Shown here piece after piece: positions 52,058 through 64,000 of a stretch of DNA of 64,000 nt. Under the pieces are notes generated by a model. It saw only the letters and a program-made list of their open reading frames with translations, was not told the origin of the DNA and did no database searches. Positions within the stretch are counted from its first letter, which is position 1, and the number at the start of each line of letters is the position of its first letter. Made by a program: the position numbers and the translations under genes. Source of the stretch: Nageia nagi (Eukaryota; Plantae; Pinophyta); contig JBITNC010000001.1 in assembly GCA_050084985.1 (NCBI GenBank), forward strand, positions 26,412,001-26,476,000, in the 5' to 3' direction.

Positions 52058-54213
52058 GTGAGTACTCTAGACTATGTTGCTATAATTGTTAACTCTTGTA
52101 GCAGGATGTTCTGAATGTTTTTTGGGTACAATTTCTCCTAAGTTTTAATGTCTTGCTAACTGGTAGACTTTGCATTTCAACTTGTGTTGAACTAGTTTAG
52201 TCATCCATGCACATTATTGGATTATTTTTGTTATTCCATACTTTTTCATTGGAGTCTCAGTATAACAAGCTTATATATACACAATGTTCAATGTAGTGTA
52301 CTATCATCTCATGCTTGAGCCTTACGAATGTATGAGTTGTAATATGCAATAAAAATATTTTAAAAATATTGTTACTAGTGTAATGTGCCATACTTATTGA
52401 TGCCTTTGACAAGGAGTTTGTGCATTTATCTCTTAATACTTTTTTCATTTTAGAACCAAAATTACACACCACAATAATTAACATAACTATAGTGACAACT
52501 GATAAGTAGTTCAGCTTTATGCACTCTTTCTTGCTTAGGGAGACATTTCTGAGGCTCTTGAAACACTTCCGCATAGCATGTAATTAATCATATAGGTTAT
52601 ACATTTTCTCTAGTTGAAGCTATGATATTAAACAATGATGTGCTTTATACTTTGCACCTGTAAGTCTCCTCCTCAAACATGCACTAAGAAAACGTTTTAA
52701 GGAGATTATGCAAGCGGTTTTCATCCGCTGGATCTAGATACCAGGTTGTTTTGGGGAGCTTGTGACACTTGAAAACGTTTTAAGGAGATCGTGCAAGCGG
52801 TTTTCATTATCTGGATGTTTAATAGAAATACATGAATCCAAATGAGACAAAACGTTGGCTAACCAAGCTTTTATTTATTGCACTGATAGATAGTACCCAA
52901 TAAATGTTTAAAGAACGTGGAGGGATGTATACATAGTGTTGAGACTAAAAGTTTTAACTTTATATTGAGGACATAAATGCATAGTTCTGGTTTGTTTGGC
53001 CTTGCATTCGGGTAAATTGTACCCTTTTTCCTCTTGTCCATATTGGTCTTTGTGGATATTCCCATGTGGAAAGTATTCACTTGTTCAAACTTGTATATGG
53101 GTTTATTTCATGAACTCTATTTCCAGTCAATAAATCTAGATTGGAACCTACTCAGAAAATTTATTTGCAACCTCACTTTAGTGCCAACTTCATTTGTTTT
53201 CAAGGGCAGAATCAATATCTTGTAACAAACTCTGACAGGTAACTAACCTCAGTTTATCCTTGTTTCCAAATATCTAAAATAGAGAACTATTCTTGAACAT
53301 TGCATTTTCAGAAGATAAGAACAGTATGAATATTTACACAAAACAGAGATACTTGTTATTCAACTCCCGAGGAAAAGTTCATTATGGGACTGAGTCATAC
53401 AATTAGCATAGTGAAGACTTTGGGAAGTTTTTCATACAATCTTGGCATTGCTTCTCTTGCTGGACATTTGTTTTGGCATTAGATGTTTTTTGCTAATTGC
53501 GTTCCTGTAACATCCCCTTTGATTAAAAATAAATAAATTTGGAATCCTAGAGGTTCCCTTTTGTAAATATTTTATTTATTTATCTATTTGTTGTTAGTTA
53601 CTTAGGATAGAAATATATGGTCCATTGGACCCACGTTGTGAGCCCCATGTGGGACGTTTTCCTCCGAAGCTTAGGATGAGTTAGTATTATTTAATTATGC
53701 ACTTGGAGATCCTAAATAGTAATTGTGGGAATGCCAAGTCTTGTATAGCACCTAGATAGCACTTGAGCATGGACAATCACTTAATAGCCCCAACGTTGGA
53801 CTTGGGAGCACTTGTATACATGCACCAACCTTGGGGAGACTTCTAGACCCCCACGTTGGCCCATGGTGACACCAAGAAACCCACGCATGAACTTTAGACC
53901 CCCATGTGGCATGTATGACCCCCAAGCACCTTCGTTGAACATGAGGACCCACATTGGGCTTGTAAAGGCTCTAGACACCTACGTTGGGCTTGGAATGACC
54001 CTTAGGCACATGTTGGACTTTGTGGAGCTTCTAGGAAGCCAATGTCTGATTGGGGAGGTTGGCTGATGACTTTGAGGTGAGATCTAGATCTAGTAATATA
54101 AGGCGTTGGAGCCTCATTGCAGAGATATATTGAATTTGATATTGAAACCCATTCTACTCAAAGACTTGGCGGCATCAAGCACCCTTGGTCGTATAGACCA
54201 AGGAGAGTCTAGG

Positions 54214-55501
54214 TGTAATGATCCAAAATGAAATTCAACCACAAACTAGCTAATTCAGACTATCAAACCCTAATGTCAGGTCTAGGGCATCAAAACTCAA
54301 ACATGCAAACCTTCAAATGCCAATGTTAGGGTTAGAATATCCAGTATGAACTTCAAGAATGCAAATATGGCAACATACAAGCTAGGGCATCATTATTACA
54401 CATTCACAACATCAAGATGCCAATGTCTGACTATAGCATGCAATATTCAATCAACAATACATCATAATGCCAACGCATGATAAGTACAAACATAAACAAC
54501 CTCAATGATCCAATGCATGCACAAGATGAGTCAACGCAACACAAGCATGAGATCCAATTGCCCTCGATAATATATAAATGATATGAAGCATTGCAATACA
54601 ATACCAAGCCCTAGGGGGTAGTCGTTGGCCTATCTTGAGCCAACTAGGGCACAACAATGTATATCCTCGATTATTGGAACAACAATGGAACAATGGGACA
54701 GTAATGCTCCCACAGAACCCGAATCCTCTCTATTGAAGGAGCCCTCCTTTGATCTTGGATAACCAATTGAATGGTAGAAATTGTACCTCGGAATGCCATC
54801 GGATGGGTAAGGCATTGCGCGAATACCGTAGATAGACAAGATCCCTCAGCTTGAATGACCTCTAGACATTACGTCTAGGAATGTTGCTTAGCACTGCTAA
54901 GTCTTAAAGTCCTGTGGACGGTATAAGAGAATAATAATCAAGCATGTCTAATAATGAGGCTCTAGTGTCTAATTATACATTAGCTCTGTCATGGTCTCAC
55001 CTAGAAGTCATCACCTAGCTCAGCTTATCCAACATTGGCCTTCTGGGGGCTCGGAATACCCAACATGGGTGTCTAAAGGTCAGACATGCCAACGTTTGGT
55101 CCAAGGGTGCATTAAGTGCCAACGAGTGAGCTAAGTGGTGCCACGCATGCCCACGTGGGTGAAGGGGGCAGATGTGGGGTCAAGAGTCAAGATGGGACGA
55201 AGTGGGGGTATGGGAGCCTTCCCAATCTTGGCGCAAGCATAGAAGTGGCTATCCAGTACCTCAATACACAAATAGACCTTGGGATTGTCACAATCAAGAT
55301 CGGGATCTCTAAGCATGAAAAATACTCCTAATCTAACCTTGGGAGAGAGACGTACCACTTGGGGCTTACAATGGGTCTATTGACCCATTAAGTCTCCTAT
55401 CCTAAGTTACAATCATAAAGAGCAATACATAAAGAAAGTATATTAGATGTAGATCCTTTCAGACCCCACAACTAATTATGTTTGGACAAGGGGGGCATCA
55501 C
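54214..55501 (-). mobile_element. Solo LTR, family D (about 1.29 kb)
   Basis: TGTAATG...GGGCATCAC; TSD CTAGG/CCAGG; similar to 17056-18271. Confidence 0.75.
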
Positions 55502-55518
55502 CCAGGAGACTTGGAACA

Positions 55519-58500
55519 TGTTGTGCCTGCACAACACCCCCCAAAAATTTGCATTTTTGAGGACCGTCATTGTATTGAAATGTTAAGGCATGAAAGCATT
55601 TTTCTAAGTAAATGCATGCATTGTAGACCAAAGGAGGGTAGACATGGCAAATTAGCATCTTCATGTTGAAACAAGTCAAAATTTTACCATTTTGCCCATG
55701 TCGCATGTTTTGAGGGACATGCTTTTGCATGTACCATGAAACTTGCACCCTTCTTCATGTTGCAATGTTTTGGGTCAAGTCTTGCATTTTTGGGTTTAAG
55801 CTACATCATTCATGCCCATTTTTACTTAGTCATTCCATGAAATAGCATCCCCTCCATTGCATCCCATTATCGAGGGTCATTCTGGTCATTTTGAAGTAAA
55901 TCAACATGTTTTGTGCCTGAGCACATGGTTCGAGGGACATGCTTTTTCATGTACCCAGATCGATGCGCCTTGGTGAAGGAGGTACTTTGACACTTAGCAG
56001 ATTTCAGAGGAAAATTGTCAAAACAGCCTGAGCACATGTTTTGAGGGACATGCTTTTGCATGTACCAAAACGGTGCGCCTTGTCGAAAAAAGCATTCTCA
56101 ACACTTAGTCAATTTTTTGAATAATTGGTGAAATTGGCCTAGTGCATGGTTTGAGGGACATGCTTTTGCATGTACCTAAATCGATGTGCTCTCCTTCAGG
56201 TGCGAAATTTTGGCGAAGTGGGATTTTTGACGTTCACTATGAAGAAGACTGGTGTGTTCACATGCATTGGACCTTCACTCATGCCAATCGTTGCATGACA
56301 CCTGTATGCCTGAGCAAGTCTATAAAAGGAAGGTCAGCTTCAGCATTTAGTTTGTTTGGTTGATTTCGTAGCATTGTGTTGTTCTAAGTTCAGAAAAGCA
56401 CATCCCTAAACGGTGCACCCTATTCCGGACAGTGATTTTCAACGTAATTTTCATTAAATATTAATTTGTTGCATAGGAAAGTGTGCCACGGGATTGTGCA
56501 CATGGTTTTTGGGGCATTCTTAGGCATTCATCTAGATCAGTGCGCTGGTTTCCAAATGTTTTGTCCCAAGGGTATTTATTTTTGACTAAGTATATAATCT
56601 TGTGAAGGGCCTAGGCGCCTGTTTTCTGGTACATGCTTTTCCACTCATCTAAAAAGGTGCGCCTAAAATTCTAGAGTATTGTGGAATTAAGTATTTTGAG
56701 GTGCTTGCTCTGGTAGGAGCAATGATTGTAGGACATTGTTTTGCACCCCTCCAAAAGGGTGCGACCAAGTTGCAAGGGTTTTCAAGTGTAATGAAATTTG
56801 ACTAAGACCTTTTAATGCACTAAAGTTGGCTTGCGCATGTATTTCGGGACATGCTTTTGCATGTACTCTAAAACATGTGCCCACCATCCTAGCTTCGTCA
56901 TTTGACCCCATTTTGAACCAAGTAAGAGGTGACACGTGCAAAATTGAAGGTTATATATATGAAGTCACCGCTTTATCATTTTACCACTTCATTTCATTTT
57001 GGGCTAAATTTCCTAGTCGCTCCATTTCCAGAACATGCTTAAGGACTCATCTAAATTGGTGCGCCTAGGAGAAATAAGGAATTGAGAAAGTGTCTGTGCT
57101 GCCAAAAGCCATTTTTAAGAGGTGCTTCAAGGACTTATCCGAAATGGTGCACCCAGGTCTAGATCCAAGAAATTGGCGAAGTATACATGATTATCAGGAG
57201 ACTAGTTGCATGTTTTTCAGGCAGTGAAAAAGCACGTACCCAAATCCGTGCACCCTAGGGACCGTGAGCTGAAATTGTCTAAGTATTGAGAAAAGCCAAG
57301 AGTTGAAAGAATGAGAAGATAGATGGCATACATGCAGTGTGCCATGCGTAAACCCTCCATGCAACTTCTATAAGAGGGCAATCCCAGTTCATTTATGCAG
57401 GACTTTTTTACAGCTTGAACTTGGACGTTTGGCCATTTTTCTGCATTTTTTAGGACACATCCAATTTGGTGTTTGTCCATTCTTGGAGCATTCCCAACTA
57501 GAATTTCAGCTTCTTTTTGTAGTTTTCTGCATATTTTTTTTATTTGAGATGATTTCTAAGGTGAGGCCTCCTCCATCCAAGACCAGAAAGATTCAAGGGC
57601 AACTTTTTGAAAGATATGTCACGGATGACCAGATGGAGATGATTTTGAGGGAAAGTAAGATAGAATTGCAAGAAAGTGAAAAACCAGAACTCCTTGAAGC
57701 CAAATTCAAGGGGAGATTCGTTTTTCATTGGTGATATAGATTGGGAAAATGTTGACCCCATCTAGACTATAACATCCATTGCCTCCATCAGCAAGGAGGA
57801 TCTGTCGGATAAAATCATCCATTCTTGTGGGCTATTCAATGCGACTATGATGCCTTTTGCTGCTTCATATCCTAATTTGTGTTAAGAAGTTTCCAAATTG
57901 TGTAAGCATGACAAAAGAGTTCTCTTGGAGACCAAAGGGAACGTGATCATGGATTTCTCTTTGAAAGGGATCGAAGCTGCCTTTGGTTGGAGAAGATATG
58001 GAGATAATTATACATTGGCCCATTCAGAAGAATTCCATGATTCCACTACTCAATCGGGAGATTATATGAGAAGATGGTTGTGTGAAGATTACCATGGCAT
58101 CCAGGGCCAGAAATTGATTAGTGCTCGTTGTCTAGAGTCATAGGTTAGGAAAATGACTCCAAATACAGGAAAGAGTTCACTGGGTTTATTACCATGATCG
58201 GCTCAGGGAGAGCTATCCGATGGAGCAGGGTAATCAGTGATGCTTTGCGCCACCAACTGGCCTACTTTGGCTCTTCTAGAAGGTTCTATATGAACTCTTA
58301 TCTTGTGCACCTGTTGTTGCATGGTAAGCTCAGGTTAAGGGAGCTTGCAGATGAAAGATATCTAGACAAGAAAGGCATCTCGGTGTAGCAAATCTATCCG
58401 AAGTGGTTGTACCGTAACAAATTCAGGCATTTCTATGAGAGAAACGACCAGTGGGAGTATGCTATTTATAAGGAAATCAAGGGAAAGTCAGTAGTCAAGA

Positions 58501-61500
58501 GGATCTTTGATGTTGCTGTCCAAGCCATCAATGTACATGTAGACTTCTACTTGCAGTAAATTGATCATACATACATCAGGGTCTACGGCTTTGAAGAACA
58601 GCCCTTACCTGCCAAATATGCTAGTGATAGAATGATTCCCATGGAATTTGCCAAACAATTACTATTTTTGAAGGAACGAGTGTGATGAAACGAGGATGCG
58701 ACCATCAACTTGCCCATTTGCATCGCAAGTTATGTTTGCCAAACTTGGGTTGAGGCTAATTATAGGAAGGAGATGCAACATTACGTCTTCTTTAAGGAGG
58801 TAGAAGCTAGAAACTGTGATCCTAGAGGTGTTATCGCCCGTTTCTAAAACACCACATTCCAGAAACCTGTTGTCTACAAGCACAAATCTCTGTGGAATGT
58901 GGAGAAGTACAAAAATGTACGAGATGCGGAGGAGATAACAAAGATAGATGCTCTTTTGAGTAGAAATAAGTCTCCTCTCTAGATAGAGAAGGCACCTCAG
59001 AGACCTAGAATTGTAAAGGCAAGACCTAAAGAGGTCCTGTTAAGGATCAAGACCCCTCCTCCTTCAAGCGTTGCACCTCCACAAGACAAGACATCCTTGC
59101 TTCGTATGGGGAAAAGACAAGGAGCATCAAGAGAGAACGCCTCAATAGGATAGAGTAAATGAAGTGTGGTGGCCAATGTAGCGAAGAAAAGGTAGTAGGT
59201 GATGGCTTATCTTAGAGACGTTGGTTACTATGACATCCCCTTGAGCATGCTCAAGGAAGCCTGTGGCAATGATTCCCTTGTTGAAGAAACTCCATCGAGA
59301 CCCACTCATCCTTCTGGATGTAGAGAGAATGTTCTCCCATTGCAACCAAGTTCCAGTTCTTCCAAACACTCTACTTCTTCTTCTTTTGAAGAAAGTGATG
59401 GAGAACCCGACTATACTGAAGAAGGCTCAAAAGAAGAGATAGAGAGTCAGGAAAATGATGAAGAGAGTCATGGTGAAGAAAAAAGAGAAGATGATGTTGC
59501 TAATGCAGAGTACCCCAATCAAGAGAATGTAGCTATAGGTGCTTCCGCACTTGATGACATGGAGATTGAAACTCTCCTAGATAATGATGATGACCTGTTC
59601 ATAGACATTGGGACTTATGATGAAGAAGTCTATATCGTTGGAGTAAAGTATGGCAAAGAGGTGGGTTCTTCCAAACCCTCTCTTGCTGAACATAGAAAGA
59701 GGTCACCCTTGTCTTCTTAGAAACCCTCTGTGAAGAGGACTAGCCATGAGAGATCCCCTCAGCAACGTAAGAAAGGTCTATCAACAAGTGGTGATGGCGG
59801 AGACGAAGAAGATGAAGGAGAGACTGATGAGCAGAAAAAGCAAAGGGAAGCAAGATGAGCACCATGGTAAGGAGGTTGCCCTTGTTCAAGCCACTCCAAC
59901 TAAGGAAATCAAGAAGATTAGTAAAGGTCGAGTGCTAGTGTAGAGGCTCCCTCCCAAGCCAGCAATCGAACATCCAGATCTTGACTTAGATGCCTTTAAG
60001 CACTAGCATGGCTCACAATGAAGAGATTGATCAGGACTTGAGGTCTGAGGATGAAGAAGAGCAGCTCTCCGATGGTGAGAAAGTTAGAAGCGTAGACACT
60101 TTTGTTTCTACTTCAAGAAGGAGGTGAGAAGACTCAAGAAGGAACTCACGACCAGAAGGACAATCATCAAGGAGTTCCACACTGTTAGCACCACCCTTGT
60201 AGAATTGAAAAAGCAAGCCTCGTTCCATGCAGGATGGGAATTGATGAAGGATCACTTGAAAAAAGAGATGATGGAGACCATTGAGAAGTTATCTTCTCAA
60301 GTGTATAGCCTCCTTGAAGAAGGTGTTGAGATCCGTGAGTTGAAATCCCAAATAACAACCCTCCTTGAGAAGCTCGATGGTCATCTCCCTAACGTCAACC
60401 ATTTGTAGCAAATCTTTACTGACAAACCTAAGAAGTTAGTCTATTGCCATGAATTCATGTATCAACACGACTGGTTGAAGCATGCACTGTAGAAGTGTAA
60501 TGTTGTTTTGAAAGTCAGGATCCCTTTGAGAAAGGAGGTAGAAGAGCAAATATGTATACCAACTCAAATTTCAAGGGGAAGACAACGTGTGTAGGAAAGA
60601 AGCGGTGTTGGCAGAGGCTCAAAATCTGATCCAGGAACATCTCGAGGCCGAGGATCTCAACTTACTAAAGGCATAGCATCCCATTCGTCATGAGAGGTAG
60701 ATGGTCATCTAGAGATTTCAGATGTAGGCTACGTCCAGGCAGATTGGAGACTATTTCAAGCAAAATGGCAGCATCGTTGGCATGGTTTCTAGGGGAGTAT
60801 GAAAGAATGTAGCGTTCTTGGAAGAGACCATTAAGTCGTACGGTCTCACCAACAAGGAATGGAAGTCCGTCGATACTGGATCAGATTTGGCCTAGATTTG
60901 ATCCACTTGCAGATTCTCTCTGCGATTATCCTTTCCATTGTTTAATGCATATTGGTTGTTGTTGTTATGTTCAAAGTTTATTTATTTGATTTGACTGGTG
61001 TAGGGATGAGGTTTTGCTCCTGCCAGATCAAATCTGTTAGACTCATTTATGAATCTGACCGATGCATGGATGAGGCTATGCTCCTGCCGGTTAAGATCTT
61101 AGACATTTATTGCACATCCGACTTTGTTTTTGCATAGATTAGAGGTAGATTAGATGCATTACAGTTGTGGCATTTATATTTTATCAGTCTTCTAAATGCC
61201 ACTTGCATAGTTTTTGTAAAAGATCAGATTTTGCATTGGTATGTGTGTTGCGTCTAAGCATACCATATCAGATTTGATGCCTTTTGGGAAACACTTCTAG
61301 TGGCTTATTTGTACCCCACCTGGGCCATTTAGAAGGGGATTTTTTGCATTTGCAAAAACTAGAGGATTTTTGGCATATGATTGCATGTATGAAGATTTTG
61401 ATATATTGTTGATTGCATAAGGATTTGCTGCATAAGGGATTCTTTGCATATCATGGATGCATATTGTCACATCTCTGTTTCACTTTGAATATCACATGGA

Positions 61501-62253
61501 GAGTATTGCAATCAAGAAAGGAATGCTTTTGTTTGTGCTATTGAATATCATTGTGAGTTTATTTCTTTCTGGAATGGTTCTATAAAGTAAATGCTGTCAA
61601 GTTTATCATTTGTGGTATCATGCATCTTATCCTATAAGATTCTCTTGCTAGTTTTAATAGTTTTTACTGCTTAAGTGCATTCTCTTTGAAAATTGCGAGT
61701 TTTAAGAGAAGATAATTGGATATCTTTTGAAGTATATTAAGCTGTTCATTGTATGATTTGCATGTAAGTAGATGTATTCTGGGGCGTATAGCTTATCTCT
61801 CTATCATTCAGTTAGAATTTATGTATTCACATGTTGTTCATTTCCCTTCATCCCATTGCATTGAGTCTTCCATCATAGACCCTATAGCTTCTTGTTCCTG
61901 TTTGGTAGTAACTTGAGTCTTTTGCTATTTGCTGCCCAGCTTGATAAGTGAATACGTTTTCTTAAAGAATCCAGAGATGACCTACCAAGACACTGCATCA
62001 CTGGTGATATCATCATAAGTTTATTATCCATATTCCTATGCATTTATCCTTGCATTTGTGATCCTTTTTCGCTTTCGTTCACATTTGCAGTCTTTCCTCT
62101 TTGTGGAAACGAATTTCGATGGTGAATTTTCCTTGTATACGGTTAATAACATGCATCTCTATCCATTGTGCCCTAGTGCATATTCCATGTGAGCGCTTGG
62201 GGTAACCATTCCTTTCAGGAGTAAATAAGTAACGTTGTTTCCTCCGAGTCCTG
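55519..62253 (+). mobile_element. Family B element B2 (about 6.7 kb; last ~40 bp deleted)
   Basis: Starts TGTTGTGCCTGCACAACA; collinear with the reverse complement of B1; stops at CCTCCGAGTCCTG just before the normal end. Confidence 0.88.
57549..60895 (+). pseudogene. Family B accessory ORF in B2 (stops, frameshifts, small deletions)
   Basis: MISKVRPPP..AIRWSRVISDALRHQL..FYMNSYLVHLLLHG..acidic linker..[33 protein letters not shown]. Confidence 0.8.
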
Positions 62254-62545
62254 TTGTTCTACACCTTTTGAGTAGCGGTTGAGGTGAGTGTTTGTGTTGT
62301 GAGGTTGCCCTACCCTGAGGCGTCTATAACATCTGCACCTTTGAATCCATCCGGTGGTATTCCGGAACTACATTCGATCTCTTTGTCGGTAGATAGCTTG
62401 TGAGAGAGCCCTTCAGTGTGGCATCCACAGATTTGATAGTGTGGTTGTTCTACAGTGGTTTTAGCAACAATATTCATCCTTTCACAACTGTGTACCCTAG
62501 TTGGCTCCTTGGAGGCCAACGTTGAGCTCTCTTGGGCTTGATATT

Positions 62546-62953
62546 TGTTGGTATGTTTTTCTTTCCTCATCTAAAACATGCACAAGACTTGGAGGAAACA
62601 ACGTTACTTGTTTTCGCTTGAAAGGACTGGTTACTGCAAGCGCTCACATGGAATATGGACCCGAGTACAGTGGATAGAGATGCATGTTGTTAATCGTATA
62701 CAAGAGAAATTCACCGTTGAAATTTTTTTCCACAAAGAGAAAAGATTGCAAGAGTGAATGAAAGCAAAGAAAGATCACAAATGCAAGGATAAATGGATAG
62801 GAATATAGACATAAGCTTATGAGAGTGTCACAGTGATGTAGTGTCGTAGCTGGTCATCTTCAGATTCCTTAAGAAAAATGTATTCACTTATCAAACTTGG
62901 AAGCAAATAACAAAGCTCAAGTTGCTACTAGACAAGCAAGAAGTTGTAGGGTT
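62546..62953 (-). mobile_element. Distal end of family B copy B3 (inverted), interrupted by B4
   Basis: Starts TGTTGGTATGTTTTTCTTTCC as at 39413. Confidence 0.8.
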
Positions 62954-64000
62954 TGTTGTGCCTACACAACACCCCCCAATTTTTTTTTTGCATTTTGAGG
63001 ACTCTAAGGAAAACAAATAGGAAATTGCATGAAAGAAATTTGTCAAAGGGAATGCATATCTTTGGGACTAGTTTCGGGAACATGTTTAAACTGCATTGTC
63101 ATGGTAGTCAAGTCAAAATCATGCATTTTTAGGCCTATCGAATGTCTTTTAATGAGTCCTTTTACACCCCTCTCAAACCATGCGACCAACCTCTTCCTAC
63201 GTTTTTCATCTCTTGCATTTCATGTTTAAAGGCACCCTAAAGGACTCCATGTTGTAGGAATCCATTTGCATTTTATGTGCGTCATTTTTGGTCAAAAATG
63301 CAAAGGGAAAGGAGTCATTTTCAGCCTGTTGCATGTTTTGAGGGTGTGCTTTTGCACCCTCTAGAAAAGGTGCGACCAGGGTGAACATCTTCTCACACTT
63401 AGCATTTTTGTCGTTGCATTAAGTTGTCGCATGTTTTTTCATAAGAGTCCTTTTGCACCCTTTGGAAAAGGTGCGACCAAGGTGGAGATTTCTATACTTA
63501 GCATTTTCAAACTTGTTGCATGTTTTTGGATGAGTCCTTTTGCACTCACCAAAAACGGTGGGACCAGAGGAGATTTCATACTTAGCATTTTTTTTTGGAG
63601 CATTAAGGCTGTTGCATGCTATTAGGAGAGTTCTTTTGCACTCGTCCAAGAGGGTGCAACAAAGTGGAGAATACTTAGTCATTTTCTTGGGCATCAAAGC
63701 TTGTCGCATGCTTTTTGAGGTGTCCTTTTGCGCCCATCAGTGAAGGAAAATTGGCTAAGTGTTGGACTTTGTTTGTTGACAAGTGGAAACTCATGCACTT
63801 GGACCTCCTTCCAAACCTATCACGTGGTGACACTTGTCCCAGCCGGAGGGGCTATAAAAAGGAAGTCAACCCCTTTGTTTCAGTTTGCAAACCTGTCTGG
63901 GGCAGAGCGTGGGAGTAGAGAAGAAAAAGCATTCCTTCCAGGGTGTGCGACCAAGGACCACTTGTATTTTTTTGAAGTATCTTGAGATCTCAGGCGTTGG
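62954..64000 (+). mobile_element. Family B copy B4, proximal end (runs off window)
   Basis: Starts TGTTGTGCCTACACAACACCCCCC; matches the reverse complement of 50000-51074; TATA-like GGCTATAAAAAGG near 63851. Confidence 0.85.

Larger units (their letters stand above)
53506..62545 (+). mobile_element. Family C LTR copy 2, split by three nested insertions
   Basis: 53506-54213, 55507-55518 and 62264-62545 together are collinear with 14034-14955. Confidence 0.8.

Noticed and set aside
52688-52810. 37-bp direct repeat 83 bp apart; also small duplications at 12957-13000, 27905-27995 and 38482-38565
   Set aside because: Ordinary local duplications with no further structure

Overview
This is eukaryotic land-plant DNA, probably a conifer or other gymnosperm; that is inferred from the giant TE-filled introns and the style of the gag relics. 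The whole window lies inside one + strand host gene, the SKI2-type DExH RNA helicase. Nine internal exons (1,285 nt, about 2% of the window) lie between 11781 and 52057 and encode motifs I to V, with introns up to 19.6 kb. The second of these exons has a 2-nt deficit that creates an early TGA as assembled. The introns are packed with nested mobile DNA: several 0.85-1.3 kb solo LTRs with 5-bp TSDs, Gypsy gag relics, a Copia integrase relic, a young internally deleted hAT element with a perfect 8-bp TSD, and a hAT-type MITE. The most unusual component is two related families (here A and B, 9 full or partial copies) of 4-8 kb elements. They have TG..CA ends and 5-bp TSDs like solo LTRs, an 18-bp palindrome at one terminus and arrays of inverted-repeat units. 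They carry a single decayed ORF of about 1,100 codons with no gag/pol motifs. They look like giant LTRs that carry their own protein gene, apparently as a removable cassette.
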